The position numbers and the translations under genes were made by a program. Below, piece by piece: positions 33,926 through 45,877 of a DNA stretch of 64,000 nucleotides. The first letter of the stretch is position 1, and every line of letters begins with the position of its first letter. The stretch comes from Heteronotia binoei (taxonomy: Eukaryota), in the NCBI RefSeq assembly GCF_032191835.1, contig NC_083228.1:114452001-114516000 (forward strand). Reading direction: 5' to 3'. Below the pieces are notes generated by a model. The model worked only from the letters and a program-made list of their open reading frames with translations, did not search any database and had not been told where the DNA came from.

Positions 33926-36900
33926 GTGCAAAGACTAAAGCTTGCGTGTTGGAACATCAGAACCATGCTTGACACAGTAGACAGTGGTCGCCCTGAACGA
34001 CGCTCTGCTCTTGTTGCCCACGAACTTCTCAGGTTGAATATCGACATAGCAGCTCTCAGTGAGGTCCGTTTCCCTGAGGAAGGTAGTCTTCAAGAACACA
34101 GTGCTGGCTATACCCTCTACTGGTCAGGTAAGTCAAAGGCTGAGAGCCGCCTTTCTGGCGTTGGCTTCATGGTCAGGAACTCCATTGCCTCCAAACTCGA
34201 AAACCTGCCAACAGGTCACTCAGATCGCATCATGTCCATGCGCCTCCCACTTCAAAACAAGCAGCATGCAACACTCTTCAGTGTGTATGCCCCAACCCTT
34301 CAAGCAGATCCTGCAGAAAAGAACAAGTTCTATGCTGATCTACACAACCTCGTACGGAAGACCCCTACAGAGGACACGGTGATCATCCTTGGCGACTTCA
34401 ATGCCAGAGTAGGTAAAGACTCGGAAGCCTGGAAAGGAGTACTTGGCAAACACGGCATTGGCAACTGCAATGACAACGGGCGCCTCCTGCTAGAATTCTG
34501 CATGGAGCACCAGCTCACCATCACCAACACTATCTTCCAGCAGAAGAACAGTCTGAAGACAACCTGGATGCACCCACGGTCCAAGCACTGGCACCTTATC
34601 GACTACATTCTGGTGCGCCAGAGAGACCTTCAAGATGTCTTACACACCCGAGTAATGCCCAGTGCAGAATGTCATACGGATCATCGTCTTGTACGCTGCA
34701 ATCTCCGTCTTCACTTTAAACCCACACGCAGGAGAGGAGGTATCCCTCGGAGGAAGTTTCAGGTTGGCAGTCTCCAGTCAGCCGAAGTTAAAGCTGCCTT
34801 CCAGGCAAAACTCCAGTCAAGAATTGAGGACCCCAGTTGCCCCACAGACCCTTCTCCAGAAGCACTCTGGGAACACCTAAAAACTACCGCCCTGCAGATC
34901 TCTGAAGAAGTCCTTGGGTTCTCCACAAGGAAGAACAAGGACTGGTTTGATGAGAACAATCAAGAGATCCAAGATTTACTGGCGAAAAAGAGATCTGCCT
35001 ACCAAGCACATCTTGCTCAGCCCTCCTGTCCTGGGAAAAAAGCAACCTTTCGCGCTGTATGTAGCAACCTCCAGTGCAAGCTTCGAGACATTCAGAACGA
35101 GTGGTGGACCAAGCTTGCTGAGAGAACCCAGCTGTGTGCAGACACTGGTGATTTAAGAGGGTTCTACGAAGCCCTGAAGGCAGTATATGGTCCATCATAT
35201 CAGACTCAGAGTCCCTTGCGTAGTGCAGACGGCCAAGTGCTCCTCACAGACAAGGCATCCATATTGAACCGGTGGTCGGAGTATTTTCAGGTTCTCTTCA
35301 GTGCCAACCGCGTAGTTCAAGATTCAGCAATTCACCTCACCCCACTTCAACCAGTGAAAACAGAGTTGGATGAGATCCCCACTCTAGAAGAGACTGTTAA
35401 AGCCATCAAGCAACTGAAAAGTGGCAAGGCAGCAGGAGTTGATGGAATTCCACCAGAGATCTGGAAGCATGGGGGCACAGTACTACATAGCTCACTTCAC
35501 AAAGTACTTGTCACCTGCTGGGAACAAGGCAAATTACCACAGGATTTTCGCGATGCAATCATCATCACCCTATACAAGAACAAAGGGGAAAAGTCAGACT
35601 GCTCCAACTACCGGGGGATAACCCTGCTCTCCATCTCAGGCAAAATCCTTGCCAGAATACTCCTGAACAGACTGGTGCCCGCCATTGCAGAAGAACTCCT
35701 CCCAGAGACCAGTGCGGCTTCAGAGCTAACAGGAGCACCACCGACATGGTATTTGTTTTCAGGCAGCTCCAAGAGAAATGCAAGGAACAGAACAAGGCTC
35801 TGTATGTGACTTTTGTCGACCTTACCAAAGCTTTCGATACCGTTAGCAGGAAAGGCCTGTGGCAAATCTTGGAACGTTTAGGATGTCCCCCAAGGTTCCT
35901 CAGCATGATCATCCAGCTACACGAAGACCAGCGAGGCCAAGTCAGACACTGCAACGACCTCTCGGAGACCTTCCCAATAGGCACAGGTGTAAAGCAAGGC
36001 TGCGTTCTCGCGCCAACTCTCTTTATGATCTTCTTTAGCATGATGCTTCAAAGAGCCGCAGTAGATCTAGATGATGACGATGGTGTCTACATCTGCTATC
36101 GCACCGATGGCAGCCTGTTCAACCTGAGGCGACTAAAGGCCCACTCCAAGACAATGGAAAAACTCATCCGAGAGCTACTGTTTGCTGATGATGCTGCACT
36201 CGTCTCCCACTCGGTATCAGCTCTGCAGCATATGACGTCCTGCTTTGCAGAGGCTGCCAAGCTATTCGGCCTAGAAGTTAGTCTGAAGAAGACAGAAGTT
36301 CTCCACCAGCCTGCACCCCAGGAAGATTATCACCCTCCCTGCATCACTGTGGGTGAATCAATTCTGAAGACAGTCCAGCAGTTCAGCTACCTGGGGTGCA
36401 TCATCTCCTCAGATGCTTAGATCGACAAGGAGATTGACAACAGGCTGGCAAAGGCAAACCGTGCCTTTGGCCGACTGCACAAAAGAGTGTGGAGCAACAA
36501 GCATCTGAAAAAAGGCACAAAGATCAATGTTTACAAAGCGGTTGTGATGACAACCCTCATCTACGGCTCCGAATTGTGGGTTTTATACCGTCATCACCTG
36601 CGACTCCTTGAGCGCTTTCATCAGCGCTGCCTTCGCACCATCCTCAACATCCACTGGAGTGACTTTGTGACCAACACTGAAGTTCTCAAGCGGGCGGAGG
36701 TTACCAGCATCGAGGCACTGCTGTTGAAGACGCAGCTGCGCTGGGCAGGGCATATTTCTAGGATGGAAAACCACCGCCTTCCCAAGATTGCCCTGTATGG
36801 CAAACTCTCCACCGGCCATCGAAATAGAGGGGCACCAAAGAAGAGGTACAAGGACTCCTTGAAGAAATCCCTTGGCACCTGTCGCATCAACCATCACCAG

Positions 36901-37149
36901 TGGTCTGACCTAGCCTCAGATCGCAAAGCATGGAGGCACACCATCCACCAGGCTGTTTCTTCTTTTGAGAACGCATGCATAGCTGGTCTTGAGGACAAAA
37001 GGAGATTGAGGAAGAATCGCACTGCTACAGCACCAACCCTAAATCAGACTTTTCCCTGCAGCCACTGTGGCCGGACCTGCCTGTCCCGCATTGGTCTTGT
37101 CAGCCACCAGCGAGCCTGCAGCAGACGTGGACTATTGCACCCTTCTTAA
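33926..37149 (+). pseudogene. RTE ORF: APE endonuclease + reverse transcriptase + C-terminal C2H2-like finger; disrupted
   Basis: EN motifs LGDFNARVG, HLIDYILV, TDHRL; RT motifs FVDLTKAFD, GVKQG, LLFADD; finger CSHC..SHQRAC. A 1-nt deletion at ~35708 breaks PESQCGFR, and an in-frame TAG lies at 36418-36420. Confidence 0.95.
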
Positions 37150-37834
37150 ATCTTCGTTCGCGAAGCCAAGCTGAGAGACCCCACCATTCTTGCCAAAGTG
37201 GTTCGTAATAGCGGGTCAAGATGCACTGGCATGGACCACTAAGCCCTGACTGGCTAAATCCAAGAGGGGAAATAATTTCATTTAGCTCAAGAGTTAGAAA
37301 AAATACTTTTACTTACTATACTAACTTGTTCATTTGAACAATAAAGTTGGGTCTAACAAGGCTCCCAAACTCTTAACAGAGTCAGTCCATCAGACTCACC
37401 CTATTGAGGATGTCCCCTCTGGAACTAGAAACATCTCCATCTTCATGGCTGGGTTTGGTTCCAGCTTGCTATCCCTCAGCTACTTGACCACAGCATCTAT
37501 GTACCTGCCTAGGCTGGAAAAATAATTTCTGGAGGGTTATTTAAAGAACTGTAGATTTGGACAATCTCATTCAGTGCTTTTTTGCAGCTACGGTATTAGA
37601 AAGCTTGGGAGAAAATACAGATCTATGAATAGTTGAATGGATCTTCTCCCTGCAGAAATCCATTGCTTGAACACAGGAAAAAGGACTGGAAACAAAGTTC
37701 CTCCTATGAGTCTTTGTCATCTATTAATAGTTGGCAAAGTGACTTCATGAAAATGATCGAGGGGGAGACTTGTTCTTCAGATGGCGTTCATCAGGAGATA
37801 AGACTGGAACATTTCAGAAATGGAGGGTGCCAGC

Positions 37835-38050
37835 CAATGTTCCCTCTAAGCTGCAGAGTCTTGTGAGCAAAAATTCTACTTTGTAAGCTACTGGCATTAA
37901 AGTTAGGAGCTACTGGCATTAATGTTGGGAGCTACTGCATAAATTAGTGGGCTCTGGGGTTATCCTTCCTGAGTTAAGACAAAAATGTGTAAACTGGAGG
38001 CTAAAAATCTGTGAGCTAGCTTATGCTAACTCAGCTTAGAGGGAACACTG
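37835..38050. mobile_element. hAT MITE, 216 bp
   Basis: TIRs CAATGTTCCCTCTAAGCTG / CAGCTTAGAGGGAACACTG; perfect 8-bp TSD GTGCCAGC (37827-37834 / 38051-38058). Confidence 0.93.
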
Positions 38051-38415
38051 GTGCCAGCACAAATCATCTTCTGAACAGTGGTTAAAGTTCAGAAAAATAG
38101 GATTCTCACCAGTGTCCTCAAGAGAAGTTCCAGTGTTAAATTAAGCTTCTGTAATTCTGCAGCCATGTAATGTACCTCATTTGCTAGTAGCTAGCTGTTC
38201 ATGGGGAGTGCTGCATATGTTGTAGCAAACACAAAACGGGGGGTATCATTATATGACTGAAGAGGGGCAGTTGCCAAGGCAATTGAGTGGCTACTTTTCA
38301 GAACCCTGGGGGCGGAACAAAGCTAGTGAGAAATCGGTATCATACTGATTTCTCACTAGCCTTGCTCCACCCCCAGGCTTCTGTTTTCCCCAGCACAAGC
38401 AATCGATTTCCCATG

Positions 38416-38844
38416 ATGGAGTGGAAGCATGGGCTCTGCAGAGAAGTGTGGATGCTGCAGGCCAGCAGATATGGCCAGAGGGAACCCTGGATGGAAGAAA
38501 TTGGGGGGAGGAGGAGGAGTTGGACTAGTAGTCACAATTGTTGGCTGTCAATTTCTTTGTTAAGCTAATAGCCCTGAGTGGTTAGCTGATACTTTATCAT
38601 TGACTACCAATGGTTAGGAGATTAATTGATTGCTTCTTGATAGGACTGGAGCTGAAGGCCTTTCCTAGGGCTGCCAAGTCCAATTCAAGAAATATCTGGG
38701 GACTTTGGGGATGGAGCCAGGAGACTTTGGGGCGGAGCCAGGAGCAAGGATGTGACAAGCATAATTGAACTCCAAGGGAGTTCGGGCATCACATTTAAAG
38801 GGACAGCACACCTTTTTAAATGCCTTCCTTCCATAGGAAATAAT
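38416..38844 (+). repeat. 429-bp direct copy of 44611-45039
   Basis: About 97% identical by eye; ~250 bp of unique-looking flank plus the first ~180 bp of a MITE. Confidence 0.92.
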
Positions 38845-38845
38845 A

Positions 38846-39349
38846 ATCGTTCTGATGAGTCTCTACTCTTCAAAGTTTCCCAAGGGCTGGCAACTCTAGA
38901 GCCAACTCGTATTTTCATCAAGGACAATGAAAGCATCACAAGATGCCATGACATTCATATTGATTTCTCTTTAGCATTGTTCTGCCCCCAGGCTTCTGTT
39001 TTCCCCAGCACAAGCAATCAATTTCCCACCAGTTGCTTTGTGGGCACATTTTGATGCACAGCTCCCTTCAGTTCCCCTCATGGTTTTGTAATGTGTGTCT
39101 TTTAAGGATTAAGAAACCGTGAGGAGAATTGGAGGGAGCTGGAGGAGAACTGCCAAAATGTGCCTGCAGAGCAACTGGTGGGAAATCGAGGGGAAACAGA
39201 AGCCTGGGGGTGGAACAATGCTAAAGAGAAATCAATATGAATGTCATGGCATCTTGTGATGCTTTCATTGACCTTGATGAAAATACCAGTAGGCTCTAGA
39301 GTTGTCAGCCCTTGGGAAACTTTGGAGAGTAAAGACTCATCAGAACGAT
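38846..39349. repeat. Long imperfect inverted repeat (foldback), ~240-bp arms
   Basis: ATCGTTCTGATGAGTC (38846) pairs with GACTCATCAGAACGAT (to 39349); complementarity continues inward to a ~30-nt spacer near 39085-39113. Confidence 0.92.
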
Positions 39350-39772
39350 GTTCCCCAACGTCATGATATTTTACTGTAGAGTTTTGAGTGAATGCTAGGT
39401 TGGCTGACAACAGAGTAACATCACAGTTCCAGTTATATAATGACACCAGGGGATGCTGCTCCAGTCCATGCATTCCCCCCCACTGCTTGTCAGGGCTAGG
39501 GTAAGCAATGGAGTGCAGAGGTGGGAGTTCCTCCACTCCCATCTGATATATGACAATCCTAGTCACCTCTAAGATGATGAAATTTACCATGATAGTTCAT
39601 CATGCTTGTCATGTGGAGGGAGCACTTAAAAAGTTTCCTTTGTGCTGGGATAAAAATGCCGCTGTCTACACAAACTATATGAGTGACTACTTATGTTACT
39701 TCCAGGACATATGGTGCAAGGAAGATTCTAAATTTTGAATGTATTTTTTTTTCATGCTGAACAGCAATAATG

Positions 39773-40080
39773 AGAGCTAGTTTGGTGTAGCGGTTAAGAA
39801 CCGGGTTTGATTCCCCACTCTTCCACTTGCAGTTGCTGAAATGGCCTTGGGTCAGCCATAGCTCTGGCAGAGGCTGTCCTTGAAAAGTCAGCTTCTGTGA
39901 GAGCTCTCTCAGCCCCACCTTCCTCACAGAATGTCTGTGGTGGGGGAGGAAGGTAAAGGTGATTGTAAGCTGCTTTGAAATTCTGAGATTCAGAGTGAAG
40001 GGCGGGGTATAAATCCAATAACATCATCATCACCACCATCACCATTATTATCATCATCTTCTCCTCCTCCTCCTCCATGT
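39773..40080 (+). mobile_element. Young Squam3-like SINE
   Basis: Same family as 29287; ends in a (CAT/CAC)n tail. Confidence 0.85.
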
Positions 40081-40084
40081 GTAT

Positions 40085-40318
40085 ATTGTGATCTGAAGAA
40101 AAGTTGGGGTTTTTTACCCTGCTTTCTCCTACCCTAAGGAGTCTCAATGTGGCTTACAATCACCTTCCTTCCTCTCCCCACAACAGGCAGCTTGTGAAGT
40201 AGGTGGGACTGAGAGAGTTCTGAGGTCACCCAGCAGGCAACCTATGGAGGAGTGGGGAATCAAACCAAGTTCTCCAGATTAGAGTCTGCTGCTCTTCAGC
40301 ACTACACCACACTGGATT
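40085..40318 (-). mobile_element. Squam3-like SINE, older copy
   Basis: Reverse-complement head (CAGCACTACACCACACTGG) and B-box (GGGAATCAAACC). Confidence 0.7.
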
Positions 40319-40929
40319 GGATCATGATGTGCAAAGGGAGGCAGGGTTAACCCTCCCCTATACTTTGCTTTCCTGGTAACAGTTTAGGGGCAGTGATTTC
40401 TTTTAGCCTTGCTAGAGGAGGAATGGACACCCATGTTGTATTTTTCCCTTCTCTATCAGGGCTTATACTAACAATGGAGGTGATGTATTTCTGCCAGGAA
40501 TATGTTGCCAGAGAAAAAGATAACTACCATTGTACTTTGTTTGGCTCAAACCTGTCTACTCTATATAACATGTTGCTCAGCTCAAAGTTACCATTTCTTG
40601 AAAGCCCACAATTTCTAAGCTATTTGTAGGAGAGTTGTATCTGCTATCAGGCTCCCTTTAGAACTGCTTCATAACTGCTTCGTGACTTTTCATAACTACA
40701 AAGACCTTGTGCAGCAAAAGGTGTGTAAAAATGTATGCATCATTCATTATGTGAACACTGTGCCTGTTTTGTCATTAGTTCATGGGTTAAGGATAAAAAG
40801 ATGTTGGATCTTTTTTGGGTTTCGGAATGGCTTGTCAGTGCTGCTACATGAGTCATGCTCAGAATTGGTGCCACAGGGAGGGGTCTTAAATCACTCCTTC
40901 CCCACAGAAGGTGATAGGGAAGAATACTT

Positions 40930-41250
40930 TGATGGTATGCACAACCTGGGGTTGATCCACATGGAGGTTTCTCTCTGACTGATTTCCCACCCGGCTTGTT
41001 CCAGTGTTGGAACTCTTTCCCCCCCCCAACTCTTCTGTCGGATTTCGCACAAGCTGCCCCGGGGCTGCGACTCACCCCGCTTCTTTCCCTCGGCAAGCAA
41101 GATTCTCTGAAAACTGGTTTCTGTTTGTCTCAGGAAAGAGGCAAGGAAAGTCGCAGCCCCCAGGGCAGCTTGTGCAAAATCAGAAGGAAGCATCGGAGGA
41201 GGGTGGGGGAGAAGAGCTCTGACACTGGAACAAGCCTAGTGGGGAATTGG
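40930..41250. mobile_element. Palindromic MITE
   Basis: GGCTTGTTCCAGTGT..GCACAAGCTGCCC pairs with GGGCAGCTTGTGC..ACACTGGAACAAGCC. Confidence 0.6.
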
Positions 41251-41569
41251 TCTCTTTCCTTCCTTTCCCAGGGGACCAGGAGGGGGAGGAGCTTCAGCCA
41301 ATAGAAAGAAGAGGGGCTTGGCTTAGTAGCTCTGCTGTGCAATTGAGAGAACCTGGCAAAGCAAGCTATTTCTACCCCCCTTCCTCTCCAAGGGAGGAGC
41401 CTCGGCCAATGGAGAAAATAGTTTTTGCACAATCCTGTGTGATTGAGCAAGCCTTGCAAAGCAAGCTATTTTGCAGAAGAAAGCAAGAGAGAGGGAGAAG
41501 GAAGCAGATGACAACCAGTTGCTCTGGGGGGCCTGATTTGGCCTCCAGGCCACATGTTTGACACCCCTG
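41245..41569. mobile_element. 3' part of the hAT element family seen at 1839-2443
   Basis: Shares GGAGGAGC(C/T)TCAG..AATAGAA..CCAATGGAGAAAAT body and ends CATGTTTGACACCCCTG. Confidence 0.8.
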
Positions 41570-42519
41570 CCCTACACAGTACTAGGCCAATTAGTCTTCT
41601 CAACACAGATGACCACCATGGGACACCCAGTACCTTCCAGCAATTAGCATTACCAAGGGATTTGGTATTGTATTATTCTGGAGGAAATGTATGTTTTCTT
41701 TTAAACTGTATGAGCAGTGCTGTGTATACACTTCAAAAATAAAAAAGGGGTGGCAAACAATCATGATGGTGACATGACGACAGTGTGTGTGGAGGGAGAG
41801 CGATATGCAGTTCACATCTGGTGTGAAAGAGAAATCACAGCTTAACCAAAGTTGGGGGAAAACCACTTTGTGATTAACCCCCTGTGATGTGTGGAATCTG
41901 CTGCAAGTGTGAATTGATGATCCATCCCACCAACAACATAACAACTATGGAAACCCACACTAGTGTAGAATCAGACCTGTTTGCATGCTCTGTTAAGTTT
42001 CAAATGGCAGCGAAAATGTTTAGTTAAAGATAAATTTATGCACAAATCTGTATTTTACTGCTTCTGTCTCCACCTGATTTCTCCCCCGCCCATTTTAAAA
42101 AATGTAATCTTCACAGTCTCTCGTTTGGCACTGCAGGGCTGACCTGCTATAGTATTTATTGTGGTAATACATTCATAAATCGCAGAATCCGATGGGCGCA
42201 CCAGGAAGGGGTTCTGCTGAATTATTGTAAATGTGATAATGAGAGGCTGTACATCACTGTGAAGGGCAAAAATGTCTGGAAATATCTGTGGTCACTGGTG
42301 CTTGTATCCCATGTCTTAAAGCCTCTGGCTTTATTTTTTTTTTTAAAGTCAATTGAATAATAACTGGGCAGGGAAACTAGACAGGAGAAACTGGTATTTG
42401 CTTCACTCCTCTAAGCACTGGACCCTGTCAAGAACCAGCTGGTTGGCCTTCTTAGACCTGAAGTATTGTTTCTCCAGCACACGAAGCTCCCAAGGTCAGG
42501 ATGACAGCATGGAAACTAG

Positions 42520-42696
42520 CAGGGGGGTTTTGTAGCAGGAACTCATTTGCATATTAGGCCACACACCCCTGATGTAGCCAATCCTCCAAGAGCTTACAGG
42601 GCTCTTAGTACAGGGCTTATTGTAAGCTCCAGGACTGGCTACATCAGGGGTGTGTGGCCTAATATGCAAAGAGTTCCTGCTACAAAATAAGCCCTG
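42520..42696. mobile_element. Palindromic hAT-like MITE
   Basis: Same family as 993-1173. Confidence 0.8.
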
Positions 42697-42842
42697 GGAG
42701 CAAGGCAAAAAAACATAGGGCAGAGTAATGGAATGAGGGCAATGCGGGAGACCATATAGAAAAACTCAGAAAGCTGCAGCTGGAGGAAAGAGATATGTTC
42801 TCTTCCTTTGGGTGACTTGAGAAGCTGGGCCAGGTTTCTCCC

Positions 42843-43118
42843 TGTTTGGTGTAGTGGTTAAGTGTGTGGACTCTTATCTGGGAGAACCGGGTTTGATTCC
42901 CCACTCCTCCACTTCCACCTGCTGGAATGGCCTTGGGTTAGCCATAGCCCTGGCAGAGGTTGTCCTTGAAAGGGCAGCTGCTGTAAGAGCTCTCTTAGCC
43001 CCACCCACCTCACAGGGTGTCTGTTGTTGGGGAGGAAGGTAAAGGAGATTGTGAGCCGCTCTGAGACTCTTCGGAGTGGAGGGCGGGATATAAATCCAAT
43101 ATCTTCTTCTTCTTCTTC
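42843..43118 (+). mobile_element. Young Squam3-like SINE
   Basis: Near-identical to 29287; (CTT)n tail. Confidence 0.87.
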
Positions 43119-43929
43119 CCTCTTTTCCCCATCCTTCCAGCACCAAAGGATCTACTTGCCTTCTTGGTTTCAACATTGCCCCACACTTACAACCTTTTAA
43201 AGAAAATGTATGGTTCCCACCACTGTTTCAGATGTCTGTGTGGAAAGAACAATAGACAAAAAGAAAATTGCTGGCCACCTTAAAAAGATCTTGGTATAAT
43301 TATTACCACAACACTCCAATCTCCTTAGTGGGAAATTCTTCTTTCCTGTGATAAGTTTGTTAATTGTATTGCTGGCCTGTTCCTCTATTGCAGGCAGAGG
43401 CTTAGGGAAAAAAAGAGAGAGACTTGTCAAGGTTTAGAAGCTTGGGAAATAATGACTTTAATTTGTTTTCATACTGCTAAACCTGTTGAAATAAAGCAAA
43501 TTGGATGCCCATATGAAGGGCTAGCGCCTTTTGTGTAGTACTGGAGTTGAAAAAGGATAAATTTTATGAGGCTTGGAAAGTACTTTCCTGAAACATTCTT
43601 AAAGGGCATTGCTGTCATCCCAGGTAAATTGAGGAGACTTTTAATGAAGTTTAAGAAATTCAGCTTACTGGTTGTTGGGTTATGCTGAACTCATTTCAGT
43701 TCTGAAGACAGACTCTATAATAGTTAGATTTTTAGAATGTTTACAGCATTGCAATTCAACTGTGCCATATCAGAAGGGACATAACAAGGGTGTAAGGAGC
43801 CAAATGAACAGGGGAAATTATAAAGAGCATTACAAGAAAAGGCAGGGAAACTAGTACTTGCTTCACTCCTTTAAACACTGGGCCCTGTCAAGAACCATCT
43901 GGTTGGGTTGGACATGAAGCTGATCATGA

Positions 43930-44510
43930 AGTAAAGTTTGTTACAAAGATTGGCCGGTTTGTGGTTGCCCGGCATGAACATTTCATGAACCATTTAGCCA
44001 TGGATGCTGGTGCAAACATGCTGGCAGTAGTGAAGGCTGCACATCTCTGCCTGGCTCATATACGTCACCTATTGATGAAGGATGCTCTGGGGCTGAGTAC
44101 TGTCAAGGCCTCCTGGAATGTTACCACCTTTGAGCTGTGGGCCTTGCTGAAGGCCTGCCAGTGCCTGGCTGCCCACTTCTCATGTAACATCAAGTCTTCC
44201 CATCTACTGTGCAAGAGGCAGGGAAAGGGGGAATGAGCATGAAAACTGGCTTATCCTGAACTTGCCCACCCGCTGGAACTTCACCTACACCATGATTGCA
44301 TATTTGGTGGAGCAGAAGAACATAGTGTAGGATGTCATCTCTTCCATGATCATCCTGCATGAGGAAGAGGAGCTCAGCATCAGCTCTAACAATTGGCTTA
44401 CCCTCTCCCATATGGTGCATGTCATCAGGCCCTTCCAGGATGCCACCAACATGGTCTGTGCTCATATGGCCAGCCTGGGGCAAGTCATCCTCCTGTTTTG
44501 AGGGATGGTA
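43930..44510 (+). pseudogene. Decayed hAT-superfamily transposase fragment
   Basis: Translates to MDAGANM (DNGANM-like), CLAH (CxxH), LPTRWNFTY (TRWNS), LVEQK and RPFQDATNMV..ASLGQVI. Frameshift near 44235 and internal stops. Confidence 0.8.
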
Positions 44511-44861
44511 TGGGCACTGGTCTCTGCACTGTAGTCAGGCCTTGAGAGAATGACTGTACCCTCACAGGTCTGGGATTAATGGTAGCATTGCTCTCTGAAA
44601 TGTAGAGCTCATGGAGTGGAAGCATGGGCTCTGCAGAGAAGTGTGGAGGCTGCAGGCCAGCAGATATGGCCAGAGGGAACCCTTAATGGAAGAAATTGGG
44701 GGGAGGAGGAGGAGCTGGACTAGTAGTCACAATTGTTGGCTGTCAATTCCTTTATTAAGCTAATAGCCCTGAGTGGTTAGCTGATACTTTATCATTGACT
44801 ACCAATGGTTAGGAGATTAATTGATTGCTTCTTGATAGGACTGGAGCTGAAGGCCTTTCCT

Positions 44862-45322
44862 AGGGTTGCCAAGTCCAATTCAAGAAATATCTGGAGACTT
44901 TGGGGGTGGAGCCAGGAGACTTTGGGGCGAAGCCAGGAACAAGGATGTGACAAGCATAATTGAACTCCAAGGGAGTTCTGGCATCACATTTAAAGGGACA
45001 GCACACCTTTTTAAATGCCTTCCTTCCATAGGAAATAATGAAGGATGGGGCACCTTCTTTTGGGGCTCATAGAACTGAACCCCCTGGTCCAATCGTTTTG
45101 AAACTTGGGGGGTAATTGGGGAGAGGCACTAAATGCTATACTGAAAATTTGGTGCCTCTACCTCAAAAAACAGCCCCCCCAGAGCCCCCAATACCTCCAG
45201 ATCAATTTCCCATTATACCCAATGAGAATCGATCTCCACATAGGGAATAATGAAGTGCCTAGCAGACATTTCCTCCCCCCCTCTCCCGTTTCTGGAGACT
45301 TTGAAGCAAGGGATTGGCATCT
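44862..45322. mobile_element. GGGTTGCC-TIR MITE
   Basis: TA|GGGTTGCCAAGTCC start, full body, degenerate GGATTGGCATC end. Confidence 0.8.
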
Positions 45323-45877
45323 TTACTCACAAGTTGCTGCCAACTTCTTCAAAGTTACACAGACACACCATCCCAAGAGGAAGCCTTTCTGGTCGGAGAA
45401 TGAAGCCTCCGGAGATGGAAAGTCACATGGTGACTGGGGGGTGGGGCTTCCTCCCACCGGCCAGCTGACTGGGGGGCAGGAAGGAGCCTGGGAAAGTGGA
45501 AGAACCCCCACTGGGACCTTTCTAAACATTACAGTTGGGAGTATCCAACCATGTGCTGCCCATGATCCTCCTGTTATGTACATCTCATCTGAAACTGGCA
45601 CCACGGGCACTGATGTTTTCTGTTTCAGTAGTATGCTGAACCCTGATAGGTGCTCTGTGTAGTTGGATACCCCAAATGTAGCGTCTGAAAAGGACTCTAG
45701 CTCTTTTAGACCTGTTGAACTTGCAATTTTAAACCCCATATTTATCCAGGTACCAGTTTCCAGTTATATATAAAGTGAATGAGTGTTAGCTCTTTCTTAC
45801 AGACAGAAGTTTGCATATATATGCAGGATATTTGTGTATTTACTATAATGTATGTACAGGTTTGAATTGTTTAGGGT

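Larger units (their letters stand above)
33099..37178 (+). mobile_element. Near full-length RTE-clade non-LTR retrotransposon (not BovB-type)
   Basis: ~0.8-kb 5' UTR, a single EN-RT ORF, and a short 3' UTR ending GAAGCCAAGCTGAGAGA. The N-terminal WNIRTMLD..RPERRSALVAHEL is RTE-type. Confidence 0.95.

Noticed and set aside
34059-36897. Overlapping alternative-frame and antisense ORFs within the RTE
   Set aside because: Expected shadows of a GC-richer coding sequence; no independent motifs.
38416-45039. LTR pair enclosing a 5.8-kb retroelement
   Set aside because: No TG..CA ends, PBS, PPT or gag/pol between the copies, and one end falls in the middle of a MITE.
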